From NCBI RefSeq assembly GCF_001194135.2, contig NC_068983.1, forward strand, positions 115,589,418 through 115,653,417: a DNA stretch of 64,000 nt. Direction: 5' to 3'. Under the pieces are notes generated by a model. The model worked only from the letters and a program-made list of their open reading frames with translations, did not search any database and was not told the DNA's origin. Made by a program: the position numbers and the translations under genes. The stretch comes from Octopus bimaculoides (taxonomy: Eukaryota). Positions 10,195 to 23,071 of this stretch are shown here, one piece after another (the first letter of the stretch is position 1; every line of letters starts with the position of its first letter).

Positions 10195-12741
10195 TTATGT
10201 TACTGTAGTTTCAGCATAATGTAGGGGTGTATTATAATAGAAAGGTTCATTTATATTAGCACCGTTATTATGAAACGATGGTGGATAAGGTAGAGGTCTC
10301 TTTACCTGATTTGGTATTTGCCTGTTATACTGGAAATTATCTACACATGAATCTTGTAAAGATGTCCTTTTTTCAACATAATTTCGTGTTTCTTCAACAT
10401 TTGCATATTGACTTGGAGAGTTTTCTGTTTTGATAGCTTCATAGGTATTCTCAGGTCTAAAATTCCCCGTATCCAGATATTGATAGCTTCTTGTAGAAAG
10501 CTGTCGATCTGGCTGAAGTTGGCCATGAGATATTACAGTAACAGCTGGTATTTTAGTTTCATTTGGTGTCCTATTTTCATGGTGTCTACCTGTTTGTGTT
10601 AAATTGACTTGTGTTCTTACTGAATTTGTAGGTTCTTCATATATGTGTTTCTTATTGTTTTTATGTCTTCTGTATAATACATAGCATAAAATAAGAAGGA
10701 TTAAAAGTGCAACAAATACACCAATTCCAAGTCCTATCTCTAATGTATTTTTGTTGCTAGTACTTGGGCTGTCCTCTTTTTTTTTTTGGTGTAAAGTGTC
10801 ACAGGCATCAATTAAATTGCTCTTAACAATCACATTAACAATGATACAAATATGTAAAATTGATTCACTGTTTGAATAACGAAATACTTGAGATTGTCTT
10901 AATTTGTGTATTGGTTGTGATTGAATTTTCCATTCTTGATTGGGAAGTATTTCCTTAATTTGTAAAGTGAAATCCTTTACCCAGAATAGATCTGATATAT
11001 TCCATGATATTCTAACAACATTTGATAGCTGTCTTTCAAGCTTAAGTGAAATCAGTGGTCTTCTAAAAGATTTTGGAGTTGTAATTGAACTTGTTTCTAG
11101 TTTAGTTTCAGTATATCTATTAGCATTATTCAACATTTCCTTTGTTAAAATTACTTTATGTATCGTGTATCTTGCTCTAAAGTCCTGACAGTTTGTTTTA
11201 CTGCTATCACAAGTCAAATTTGTATTTACAATCAGTTCCTTTCCATTGATGGTTAGGCACTTCCAGAAACTAACTGGTACAGTGTTATTATTAGATTTCT
11301 TGATATATTCATTCAACTGAATTTGAAGCCAACGAAGAGAACAATTACACACCAGTTTATTATTGTTGAGGTCTATATTGAAATATTCCTTTTCTGGCCA
11401 GGTGAAATTATTAAAAACACATTCATCCACAACTTGGAGCTGGTTGTTACTGAGTTTAATAGACTCTAAAGTGTTTTGTAGACCTTGAAATGCACCTTCC
11501 TCTAAAGTCTCTATTTTGTTGTCATTTAGCTTTATGACTTTTAGCTTTGAGTTCTTTTCAAATGCAAATGCAGCAATTACTGCTAGATTACATTTGGAAA
11601 GATCCAAGATTTCTAAATGTGGTAATGTTTGAATTGCTGTCCAAAGATCTTTATTATTAAAACTATTGCCTTTTAATGATAACTTTTTCAATGTTCCACT
11701 GGTATTTTCTAACCATTTTATTTCCATAGTTCCTTTTAGATTTTGATTATCCAAATATAAAATTTCTAAGAGAGGCACTTCAGTCATTGTGGTGGCTTCA
11801 ATGATCAATTGATTTCTATTTAAAAATAGTTCTCTAAGATTATTTAAACCATTTAAATATGTTTTTCGCAATTTGGTAAGTTGGTTATTTCTCACAGACA
11901 AGGTGTTTAGTGTATTCATATTTTGAAATATGTCACCTGATAGACTTTTAATTCTATTGTTATCTAACTTGAGGGTTTCAAGTTTTGAAAGGTTTTTAAA
12001 ATGTTTCAGATGATCATGTGTGATTTTGTTTGAACTTAAGTCTAAATGTTGCAGCTTCTTTTTTACATTTTCTAAATTTCCCATTGTTATGTCTGTGATT
12101 GCATTATTACTCACATCAAGATACTGTATGTTGAGCAGATGCTCGAAAGCTTCTGGATGTAGCATTTTTGCCAGCTTATTATTTTTTATAGTAAGATGAG
12201 TTAAATTCTGGAAATGTGCAAATGTATTTATGTTGATATCACAAATTTTATTATTTATTAAAGAGAGTTTTGTCAATTTAGTTAGCTTGTTAGAAGTAAA
12301 ATTGTTTAAATTTTGGTTCATATAGAAATTTTCAATTTCAAGAGTTTCAAGGTTGTACAGGTTTTGAAGGGCTGTAAAATCAACTAGTTCTGTTGTATCT
12401 GTTGTTGATAGCTCTAAGCTTTTCATGAAATCTTCTTGTCCACCAAATGCATTTTTGTCAATTACTGTTAATGGATTGTCATATATTGATAAGTGTTTAA
12501 TTTGAGTACCATTGAAAACATTCTCCTGTAGAGAGTGTAGATTTGTTCTGGTAAGATATAACATATACGTGCCATTGAGCTGTTCAAAGTTTAAGCGTTT
12601 GTTATGTAAATCAATGTATTCACAGATAATTTTGAAGTTATTGATATTACAAGCATGTTTGATGTTAATTATTTCATTGAGAGCTAAAGCAGCTACCTGG
12701 AATTGTAATATCCAAATTATATGCAGTTGGTTGAATTTCAT
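10195..12741 (-). CDS. Nested LRR transmembrane receptor, copy 1 (848 aa; signal peptide, ~17 LRRs, LRRCT, FN3-like domain, TM, Tyr-rich tail, no TIR)
   Basis: Uninterrupted ORF; repeated LxxLxLxxN; NKLVCNCSLRWL cap; VRISWNIS beta-rich segment; TM IGLGIGVFVALLILLILCYVLY followed by RRHK; candidate splice acceptor 24 nt upstream of the ATG (12766-12767). Confidence 0.92.
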   Translation of the reverse strand: MKFNQLHIIWILQFQVAALALNEIINIKHACNINNFKIICEYIDLHNKRLNFEQLNGTYMLYLTRTNLHSLQENVFNGTQIKHLSIYDNPLTVIDKNAFGGQEDFMKSLELSTTDTTELVDFTALQNLYNLETLEIENFYMNQNLNNFTSNKLTKLTKLSLINNKICDININTFAHFQNLTHLTIKNNKLAKMLHPEAFEHLLNIQYLDVSNNAITDITMGNLENVKKKLQHLDLSSNKITHDHLKHFKNLSKLETLKLDNNRIKSLSGDIFQNMNTLNTLSVRNNQLTKLRKTYLNGLNNLRELFLNRNQLIIEATTMTEVPLLEILYLDNQNLKGTMEIKWLENTSGTLKKLSLKGNSFNNKDLWTAIQTLPHLEILDLSKCNLAVIAAFAFEKNSKLKVIKLNDNKIETLEEGAFQGLQNTLESIKLSNNQLQVVDECVFNNFTWPEKEYFNIDLNNNKLVCNCSLRWLQIQLNEYIKKSNNNTVPVSFWKCLTINGKELIVNTNLTCDSSKTNCQDFRARYTIHKVILTKEMLNNANRYTETKLETSSITTPKSFRRPLISLKLERQLSNVVRISWNISDLFWVKDFTLQIKEILPNQEWKIQSQPIHKLRQSQVFRYSNSESILHICIIVNVIVKSNLIDACDTLHQKKKEDSPSTSNKNTLEIGLGIGVFVALLILLILCYVLYRRHKNNKKHIYEEPTNSVRTQVNLTQTGRHHENRTPNETKIPAVTVISHGQLQPDRQLSTRSYQYLDTGNFRPENTYEAIKTENSPSQYANVEETRNYVEKRTSLQDSCVDNFQYNRQIPNQVKRPLPYPPSFHNNGANINEPFYYNTPLHYAETTVT

Positions 12742-15700
12742 TTTGGAATGTTTGTCTTCTGATAACTGTAAAAAAAATACATATTTTTAAAGATAGAATC
12801 TTACTGAATTCATTGTTAGCAAACATCTTATTTAAATTAGAAGCATTATTATCTTGATTATAATCAGTACATATAATTATTGTATATATTTTCTATGTTG
12901 ACAGTCTTGGCTAGATGAAGTAAAAGAGTAAATGAATTATCTTTAAAAAGAATAAGAAGAGTACCCTGTTTTCCTTTACAGTTTCTCAATTAATTTACTA
13001 CAGATGAAGACTCTAAGGCCTTGGAAGTATGTGGCACGAATCCTTATAGAATAGTCTAATGTGATTAGCGCCAGCCAGGTAGAAGAGATAAATAAAATAT
13101 TGGTATGTTAGCAGGTGATATTATGTATCAATCAAAGTTATGAAATCACTCAAGCTAGTGTTTTATATAACCTCACTACATTGTGACTTGCCTGTAAATA
13201 GTGAAGGCTAAAAGAATAAGATCCAGAACAGAGTTCTTAAGTAGTTTAACTCACAGTTTGTCTTCTTTTGGCATCTCTTTTTTACCAAAGGAAATCTGCC
13301 GTATATTCCCAAGAATTTAGTGTAATTAGGTACTTGGAACAAGATATCTTGCCCAGAAATACAACAAAGCATGTTCTATGAATTTGAACTCATGACACAT
13401 AAACTGAGTGAATACAGTTCACTACCTTGTCCACTTAACCATTTGACCTCTCAACATTACAATAATTTACAATTATCAGTTCTAATATATAAGAAATTAC
13501 TAAGCATATTTGGTTGCGAATAAGTTTGTATCAAATGATGCTATTATTTTAAACAAACTTTGTTGTATTTTTTCTTCTGATTAGCAACATTAGCAGATGA
13601 TAGGAATTAATCATACAGAATTAATGAGCAATAACAGTGTCTAGTCTTGCAATAATAATATCTAGTCATCAGCATGATGACTAATTTCTAAATGCTCAAC
13701 AATGTTGTTGACCTCTAAATGATGACCTTATTTAGGATCTTATGCATAGAGGTGTCTGTGCCTGCATATCCATTTGAATGTATGTGAGCGTAAACATGTT
13801 ATGTATATAAGTGTGTGTTTGTGTATGTTTGTATGCATACAACATACCCTTGGACAATACATTAGACTTATATTAATATTGTTTATAAAACTGTAAATAC
13901 TAGTGCAAAATAGTCATTATCGTAGCACACCAAATTCTCTAAATGAGGAACTATAATAGATATGTGTTGTAGTTATTTTGAAGTTTAACTTCAGATCAGC
14001 ACTGGTTCAGTAGAGCCATTCTTTTGTTTTTCTTTTTCCTCTTTTAACTTACCCTTCATTTTATAAGATGGTACTATGTAATATTAGAGGGCACTTGGCT
14101 GCTATTTTATATCTTGTCAAGTGACCAAATGGTCTCTGCTTTGTTGACTTGAATAATGTGTGTTTCTGCACATACTAAGCATTGAAAAACACAAACATGT
14201 AGGCCACTTCATTTAAATATGGATAATAATTCCATATTGATGTTGTTGCAATAACTGCAGTGGATTCTTTGTGTTTCTTAGGTTCGATTCTAACCTAATG
14301 TAATTCAATGTATCGTAAATCTGTTTAAAACCAAGGAATTGCTTTATAAGGTAACCAAGTTTGAATTGAGTTTCAACTAAGATTTTCACAACTTCTTAGA
14401 CTCCTGGAATGCCAGGAATAGTATAATGGTAAACTAAATATATAGTATTTTTTTCATCTTATTTCTGTATTCAAATTTCACTACTATTAACTTTAGCGTT
14501 CACATTATTAGTGTTTGTAAAATAACAGTAATATACTGGAGATGATCTGTTTAGTCAACTGCAACATTTTTGTTATAAATGTTGGCCATGGTGCCATATA
14601 AAATAACTTTTAACATTTATATAACGTGGTATATAGTCTTATAGTATTGTGTGCTTGTATTTCAGTTTCTATATTATCATATTTAAAAGAAATAAAAATT
14701 ACAATTTGAACAAAACTTTACATATATATGTATATATAGTGGTTTGAATTTTTAAATTAGAATTTGTTATGTGTATTGTAAATCTATAGCAAGTAACCTA
14801 GTTTTGATCACAAGTTGTTTTCATTTCCCTTTTCTCTCTCCCATGGAAATCTCAGCTTTTGTTTTGTTAACGTAATAAGCCAATATATTTCAGCAGTTTC
14901 AGAAGACAAATAAAGAATGCATTGAATTCATTTTTGGGTAGTGCTTGTTGTTCAACAACCATATCATGGTTCCTTTGTGTGTCTGCTATGAAGTTTGTTA
15001 TTAGATATATTTGACATCTTTTAATTTTGTTCTTAAAAATTTATTCATTTGATCATTAAACTTCCACTTATTGAATATTTCCAAATCTTAATGTCATAGA
15101 TTCATATGTAAATATATTGGAAAACAGTCTTCATTTAAATCAGTTTATTTTATTCATTAATGAAACTTGATAACTGAGAATATTTTGTGTTTGTTATGTA
15201 TATAATCACTCACTTGGAAAAATAATAAGTCTGACCTGTGATAAACATTTAAATTCGAAAATAAACATAACCTAAATACATGATAAAATTGCAAGTAGGC
15301 TCCTTAATGAATGGAAACAAGGTTGAAAGGGAAATAGCATTAATAATAGTCACTTTGTATACATGTCATCTGAACAAATAACTTTGAAGTAAACACCTGT
15401 CTTGATCTAAACTAAAGCTAGCTACAGGTGAAAAACTACATTGTAAAAATAAGACCTTACTTTACCTTCTTGTCAATCTTAAAGTATAATTTATTTGTAA
15501 TTTAACAATGTTTCCATTTCTATTGCAATAGTGATCATCATCCATTGTTGTAATTCATATAAATGACAAGTGGAGATTTCCTTGTACTGTAGAGGAGTAT
15601 CATTAATAATTGTCTCGGCTACTTAAAATATAGTAGTAGACCAACTACCTTCTACGGTGAGGAAATAACTCTGTTGTCCTTTTATGGCAATCTAGGGTGG

Positions 15701-17944
15701 GCTTTGCAGGACAGGTAAGCTGACATAAGAAACCATTGTCAGTTGTTACCAGTCAGTTTCATCAGAATGACAAGTGCTTAGGTGTCACAAATACCAACCT
15801 TTACCTGAAATATTTTTTGTTCATTGTTCATTGATTAAATAAAGTATATAATGAACATAGTAATAATAAATTTTCTCGAATCTTTGAGAACAAAGCCTTC
15901 CTGATGTTTACAACGAATGATCGTAAATTTATTCATACTAATATAGTCAAAGGATACATTGTGATTTACATCACTAGTGTAACAGGGCACTCTGGGTGTA
16001 AAATGGAACATAAAAAAACAAAACTTTCATTAGTTATAAAGAAAATATGCTGAAAGCTGATCTGCTGGGTGAAACAAGATGTAGGGCAGATAAGTTGGTA
16101 GCAATTGGAGAGTTTGATATTATTTTAAAATTTTATTTTAAGAAGGGACAGTGCCCATAACCTAAACTGGGAAAGTTGATGTACTTGGTATTCATTTTGA
16201 ATTTCCACAATTTGATGTATGTACAGAAAATGAGCTGGGTGCTTCAAAGGGTTTATAGTTCAAGTAAAGGTTTGAGTGAAATGATTAGAATTGTGTTTTG
16301 TGGTGAGACACAGTAGGAATGATCAAAGAGAGGCAAATGTATCCAACTTTGTTGGGGCACATGTACAGATTGGTTATTTAAAGCAAGCAAAAACCATTTG
16401 TAGTTATGCAGAAGGGACCACTATTATGTTGGTTAGAGGATGTTTCTTAATGACAGTTTACTAATCAGCCAGATGGTTTTTTTTTGTGGGGGTATGGTCT
16501 AGAATATTTGAGTGTATTTAGCAGCTATACCATTCCAACCATGTGAGCTGGCCTGAAGCACATTTGTGGTCAGAACATTCCAGTCTGATCACAGTGTCTT
16601 TGTTTGTTTTTTCTTTTTTTTTTTGGTATTGTTTATATAAGAGTATATTATCTTTCTTGAATATTTAAAGATAGTAAGACAGGGAGCTGAGAAATTTGGC
16701 TGCTATTTCAAGCAGGACAAGCATTAGTGTAGAAACACCCTTGTTGGTTTGAGTCTATGTGTTTGACCTCTACACAATGTATGATATGTGATTATGTAAA
16801 ATCTGCTGTTTTGTTTTGCTTTGTTTTCTTGCGAAGAGATTGGGGTTAGGCATGATTCACCTATTCCATGCTAGACTTAATATAATTTTTTGCAGGCTAG
16901 TGTTGTTTCTTTATGTTCATCAAATGTGATGCCTAGGAATACTAAGTATGTTTGTGCATTGTCCTGCTTTCTGAACTATGTAGTTTACACGTGAATGTTG
17001 TCCAAGTATGGTAAGCAATTCCTGGTGTTTATATTTCTTTTTGTGTTATGTGAATATGTGTGAATGATCTTTGCTCTTAATGGTGAAAAGGAAGATGGGG
17101 AATTTAGTAAATGTTGTTATTAATCTATTGTAAGACATGAAGGAGTAGTTTGAAAGAGTCTGTTACTAATACAAGATGGTCCAAATAACCACATAGGGTA
17201 TTCCTCACTGACTTGGCTCATTTCACTTTTAGTTAATTGAACTGGTGGCCATAAATGACAAGAATCATTGTCACTATTTAAACAAAGATTTCATCTTCTA
17301 CTCTCATTTCTCTCTCAGAACGTGAGCTTTCTCCCCTAACCCCTTCTATTCCTTCAGTGATGATTAAAGCATCTTCAAAAGCAGCATTTGTCATTTATCG
17401 AGGATGTGTATTGCAAATGTTGCAGTGGATGTTGTGTGTCCAGGATAATTATTTTATGCTCTAAGTAACAAGACTTTCATTAATACACCCAGGTTGCAAG
17501 GAACAATTCCGGCACTATTTAATGGACTGAATAAAGTTGTCATTATTTACTGTGTGGTATATACCATAACTGTAAATATATAACTGTCCAAGTGTCCTCT
17601 TAATCATTATTATCATCATAATCTTTTTGTAAAGTTCTATGTTGGCATCAGTTAAATGAGTCCTTATGGTAGACATAATTTTATGAATGACTTTAGGAAC
17701 TTTTTTTTATTATTAGCATTACAATTTCCTGTCAGGCTGCTTCTAATTCTTTCATCATATATACACTATTTGTAACTTCTATTAGCACTTTACTGTTTCA
17801 TCCAATACATCTCTGTATCTAAGCTCGAAAATCAACACAATACAATGTTTTCATTTTTAATGGAAAGTCTACATATAAACATGGACAGTCAAATAGAAAT
17901 TTTAATATATAAAGACTATTATATGCAGTTCTATATCTGGGTTT

Positions 17945-19577
17945 CCTGCACTGATGCTGTTTTTCTGGTAAGACAGCTGCAGGAGAAATACCTAGCCAAA
18001 GATAGATCTCTGTACCTGGCTTTCGTTGACATGGAGAAAGCCTTTGACAGGGTCTCCCGATCCCTTATCTGGTGGTCAATGAGGAAACTAGGGATAGATG
18101 AATGGTTAGTGAGAGCTGTGCGAGCCATGTACAGGGACACTGTCAGTAAGGTGAGGGTTGGCAACGAGTACAGTGAAGAATTCCGGGTAGAGGTAGGGGT
18201 CCACCAAGGTTCAGTCTTAAGCCCCCTTTTATTTATCATAGTCCTCCAGGCAATAACAGAGGAATTCNNNNNNNNNNNNNNNNNNNNNNNNNNNNNNNNN
18301 NNNNNNNNNNNNNNNNNNNNNNNNNNNNNNNNNNNNNNNNNNNNNNNNNNNNNNNNNNNNNNNNNNNNNNNNNNNNNNNNNNNNNNNNNNNNNNNNNNNN
18401 NNNNNNNNNNNNNNNNNNNNNNNNNNNNNNNNNNNNNNNNNNNNNNNNNNNNNNNNNNNNNNNNNNNNNNNNNNNNNNNNNNNNNNNNNNNNNNNNNNNN
18501 NNNNNNNNNNNNNNNNNNNNNNNNNNNNNNNNNNNNNNNNNNNNNNNNNNNNNNNNNNNNNNNNNNNNNNNNNNNNNNNNNNNNNNNNNNNNNNNNNNNN
18601 NNNNNNNNNNNNNNNNNNNNNNNNNNNNNNNNNNNNNNNNNNNNNNNNNNNNNNNNNNNNNNNNNNNNNNNNNNNNNNNNNNNNNNNNNNNNNNNNNNNN
18701 NNNNNNNNNNNNNNNNNNNNNNNNNNNNNNNNNNNNNNNNNNNNNNNNNNNNNNNNNNNNNNNNNNNNNNNNNNNNNNNNNNNNNNNNNNNNNNNNNNNN
18801 NNNNNNNNNNNNNNNNNNNNNNNNNNNNNTTGAGGGAACCTGTGAAAGAGGTAGACCCAGGAAGACCTGGGATGAGGTGGTGAAGCATGACCTTCGAACA
18901 TTAGGCCTCACTGAGGCAATGACTAGTGACCGAGACCTTTGGAAATGTGCTGTGTGTGAGAAGACCTGGCAAGCCAAGTGAGACCATAAACCATGGCCTA
19001 TGTCAGGGGTGTATGTCAGCCCACTTATGTGTACCTTTCCTTCATTGGACACTAAACTCTGCTTGCGAAGACCTGTTGAGGCAAGTGAAATCGAAATCGA
19101 ATCAAATTCGATGACTGGCACCCATGCCAGTGGAGCGCTAAGAGCACCATCCGAGCGTGATCATTGCTAGAGTAACTGTCTGGCTTCCTCACCAGTGGCG
19201 CATAAAAAGCACCATTTGAGCATGATTGTTACCAGCGTTGCCCTACTGGCACGTAAAAAAACATTCGAGCGAGGTCGTTGCCAGTGCCGCTAGACTGGCT
19301 CTTGTGCAGGTGGCATGTAAAAAACACCATTTGAGCATGGCTGTTGCCAGTACTGCCTGACTGGCCCTCGTGCCGGTGGCATGTAAAAGCACCCACTANN
19401 NNNNNNNNACTGGCCCTCGTGCCGGTGGCATGTAAAAGCACCCACTACACTCTTGGAGTGGTTGGCGTTAGGAAGGGCATCCAGCTGTAGAAACTCAGCT
19501 AGATCAGACTGTAGCCTAGTGCCGCCATCAAATTGTTCAACACATGCTAACATGGATAGTGGACATTAAACGACGCT
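17945..19577 (+). mobile_element. RTE-clade LINE, 5'-truncated (RT domain plus 3' UTR), with gaps
   Basis: LYLAFVDMEKAFDRV and GVHQGSVLSPLLF RT motifs; RGRPRKTW C-terminus; 3' UTR shared with many short copies. Confidence 0.92.
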
Positions 19578-21417
19578 GTCAATGCCGACGCCACATCCGA
19601 CGTCGTCGTCGTTGTTGAATTTCACACTTAAAAAGTTTGGAAGGCAGGAATCTATGCTTGCTTTTGTTTTATTTTTATTTAGTCATCTTTTTTTTTATAT
19701 TCATATGTTTGCAATATGAATGATGACTTGGCTGTGTCTGACTAGTTTATTATTTTCAGTTAGGTTTGAATATCTTGCAGGATGAGGTTTTCCTTCTTCA
19801 ATCTGTTCTAGTGTCTCTAAATATAGGCTTAACTGAAATTAGCAAATATATTTTCAAGTCAGTAAAGGAGCCTCTATGTAATTACTTGACTAGCTAGAAA
19901 GAGCTGTCAAAACCTTACTATCTTGAAAAGATGGTACACGTTGCACAATGTAGTCATGGGTACACAATGTCTTAAGAAAAGGATGAGATAGTTATTGCTG
20001 GAATGTTAACTTTGCCCATCATTTTGTATTTCTTCAGACATAGAACATTACTTTGTTTAATGTATTCTGTTTTCTAAAGAGGAGTGTGGTAGATTATGGT
20101 TTGAGAGAGAATTGGTTTTTATTTTGAAGTCTGAGAGACCACCCAGAAGTTCACCCATTGGTTCATTAGTTGAAATAAAATGTTAAATGTAGCATTACTC
20201 TACCTCCCAGTCTCTTCTAGACTGGCAAGACTAGATAACTTTCACTCTTTCTCAATAAATTATAAAAAAAGGTAAATATTAAATAAAATGAATAAATGAA
20301 CATTAAAACCAATTGTTTTTATTTTTTTAATCAATATTTATATTTTTAATCATTTGTTCAAATATTTACATGGGTTTTAACAATTGTCATTCTTTGAGAT
20401 TTATACAATGGAAACATGAAGTGTATTTTTTTTTTTTTTTTTTTTAACTGGTTTCAGTCATTGGTTGTGACCTTGCTGGGACATTTAGTTGAGTACAGAC
20501 AACTGTAATATTTGCAGACTCATACTTATTTTGTTTTTCATCTGGCAAAGTTGTGCTAGGCAGGGTTTGAACTCAGAATATAATTATGTTGCCACTGACT
20601 TAATTTTTTTGTTGTTGTTTTTAGACATCTAAGTTCTTATTATGTATATCTTCATTGTGTACATTTTTGTAAGAGGTTGTTTCTTTAAGATACAGATTAT
20701 TTACAGTTTAATTTCCAAAGAATCTGAATCTGTTGATTTGAAAAGATTTTCAAGTTTTAGCTTTAGCTTCTCCAATTGTATTACTTAGGATTTAAACTGA
20801 AATCCACTCAAAAGAATTTCTACATCAACATAAAAAAAAGCATTGTTCTTTTAAAAAAAGACTTTCAGCTTTTGCTTTCAACAGATTTGATCCTTTTGTA
20901 AATTTGTGCATGTATTTCATAGCTACAGCAAAAATAGATATAGATTTCAAATTTTGGTACAAGTCCAGCAATTTTTTGGGGGAGGGGGTTACTTATTTTA
21001 CTGACCCTGTAAGGATGAAAGGTAAAGACAACCTTGGTGGAATTTGAACTCAGAGCATGAAGATAGATGAAATGCTGCTAAGCATTTCGCCCAGTGTGCT
21101 AACGGTTCTCTCAGCTTGCTGCATTGGCTACAACAAAAATAGATATTGGACGTAATTATCTTGATATTTCATTTGAAATTAAATTTATTTTCTTGATAGT
21201 AGGTTCAATTAACCATAACATTTTAGTTACTGTATTACTTCTAGAATAACTGCTATACCATTATGATGAGTACCTAAGCATCTATTTGAGCTTCTATTTT
21301 ATTAACCTGATCAATGTAGTGGCTAAATTTCCCTTAAAAAATGTTCTAACTACTTGTAAAATAGGGTCAGGTCACATGTGTAAAAATCTAAACCATCACA
21401 CAGCATGCCTACACTAA

Positions 21418-21643
21418 CCCTTTCGCATTCAGATTATTCTATCAAATGTAATACTTATTTATTCACACTTTTTAAAATTAGTCATGCATTATCTCATAGC
21501 TTTGAAATTTCAATATGAGTGTTTATTTATTTGTTATTTTCTTTTTAGAATGGCATTGTAGGGTAAGGGTAAGAGGTGGCTAGTTTGAACATAAAATGGG
21601 TAGAATATTTGGGCTGGATATTGCTATTTTAAATGCTAAAGAG
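21418..21643 (-). mobile_element. piggyBac-type MITE
   Basis: Same family; ctaa and ttaa flanks. Confidence 0.7.
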
Positions 21644-21811
21644 TTAAAGATTGTTTAGGCATTGTTAGGATACTAATTGTATGATGATGTTAGACTGATT
21701 TGATTTTGTTAGAGACCTATTGTCTACCTTATGAAATAGCTCAAGCAGACCACTGGTTACTTCTGAAAGAGCAAATAGCAACTTGCTTGTCCTCACAGAA
21801 TTAACCAGAGC

Positions 21812-21842
<31 letters not shown>

Positions 21843-21882
21843 TGTAGTTGTAGTTGTTGTTGTTGTTGTTGTTGTTGTTGTT
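21812..21882. repeat. (TAG)n/(TTG)n microsatellite
   Basis: Seen directly. Confidence 0.9.
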
Positions 21883-22098
21883 GCAAGCTGGGAGGATAGT
21901 TAGCATGCTGGATGAAATGCTTAGCAGTATTTAGTCCACCTTCACATTCTGAGTTCAAATTCTGCCATGGTCAACTTTGCCTTTCAACCCTTTGGGATCG
22001 ATAAATTAAGTACCAATCGCATACTGGAGTTGATCTAATTGACTGGCTTCCACTCCCACAAAAAATTTCAGGCCTTGTGCCTATAGTAGAAAGGATTA
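21883..22098 (+). mobile_element. SINE-like repeat with (ATT)n tail
   Basis: Close direct copy at 23072-23288; ttctgagttcaaat B-box-like motif. Confidence 0.65.
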
Positions 22099-22139
22099 TT
22101 ATTATTAAAACAAATTATTATTGTTATTAGTTTGTTTTA

Positions 22140-22932
22140 AAGTTTAGGATTATATGGACAATATTTTATGTAGGACCTGGGCAGTTCCTATGAGCACTAT
22201 TTTTTGAATTTCTGCTATTTTGGGGTTTCCTATGTAAGAATCAGCCCCTTTTGCTATCATTCCTAGGGCACCTATGACAACAGGTATTGTTTTAGTCTTG
22301 AGGTTCCACATTTTGCTGATTTCTATTTCAAGATCTTTATACTTGCTCAGTTTTTGGTTGGTCATGACAGATACATTTATGTCGGTTGGGACAGTCATGT
22401 CAATGTGGAGGCATGATTATTGTCTGAAGCCCTTTAATATAATGTCTAGCCTATTCGCATCTATCTTTCTGTCAGTTTGAGCGGTGAAGTTACAGAGGAG
22501 TGAGATGTCATTTTCAAGCACTGAAGGTGGTTTGTGTTCTCACCAGATTTTATCATGGAGCAGGCCCAAGTTTTTGCACATTACCCAGGGAATATACTGT
22601 GCTACTCTATCATACCTGTTGTCATACTCTGTAGGTGCAAGAAGACTACACATGGAGACAACATGATTGAATGTTTCATTTTGTTGTTTACATACATGAC
22701 TTTAGGCTATTGCTGTTCTTTAATATGTCAGCCTGGTAGTTCCTTGTAGGTAGGCATTGATCTTGAGCTGCTATGATAAACCCTTCTAATTCTGATTTTA
22801 AGCCAGAATACTCCAACCATTGATGGGTAAGGGCTTTGTCAACATTAGCATTATTAGCTCTCTTTGGGTATTTGCTAAGGCAGCAGTTTTAGCATGGGTT
22901 TTCATATGCTTAACTTTTTCTGTGCTTGTTCC
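22140..22932 (-). mobile_element. R4/Dong-like non-LTR retrotransposon 3' remnant (zinc knuckle plus restriction-like endonuclease)
   Basis: ETFNHVVSMC knuckle remnant; NRLDII and DMTVPTDINV...KYKDLEIEISKMW...IPVVIGALG RLE motifs; several stops. Confidence 0.78.
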
Positions 22933-22934
22933 CA

Positions 22935-22990
22935 TTATTATTATTATTATCATTATCATTATTATCATTATCATTATTATCATTATCATT

Positions 22991-23055
<65 letters not shown>

Positions 23056-23070
23056 TATTATTATTATTAT
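22935..23070. repeat. (ATT/ATC)n microsatellite
   Basis: Seen directly; produces the spurious poly-I, poly-L and poly-N ORFs. Confidence 0.95.
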
Positions 23071-23071
23071 T

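Noticed and set aside
10195-12741. Calling the LRR genes Toll-like receptors or giving them a vertebrate symbol (FLRT/ELFN/LRRC)
   Set aside because: There is no TIR domain, and a shared LRR-FN3-TM layout is not enough to establish orthology without a phylogeny.
19360-19448. Exact direct repeat (actggccctcgtgccggtggcatgtaaaagcacccacta) on both sides of a 10-N gap
   Set aside because: Typical of overlapping contig ends joined by a nominal gap; probably an assembly artefact.
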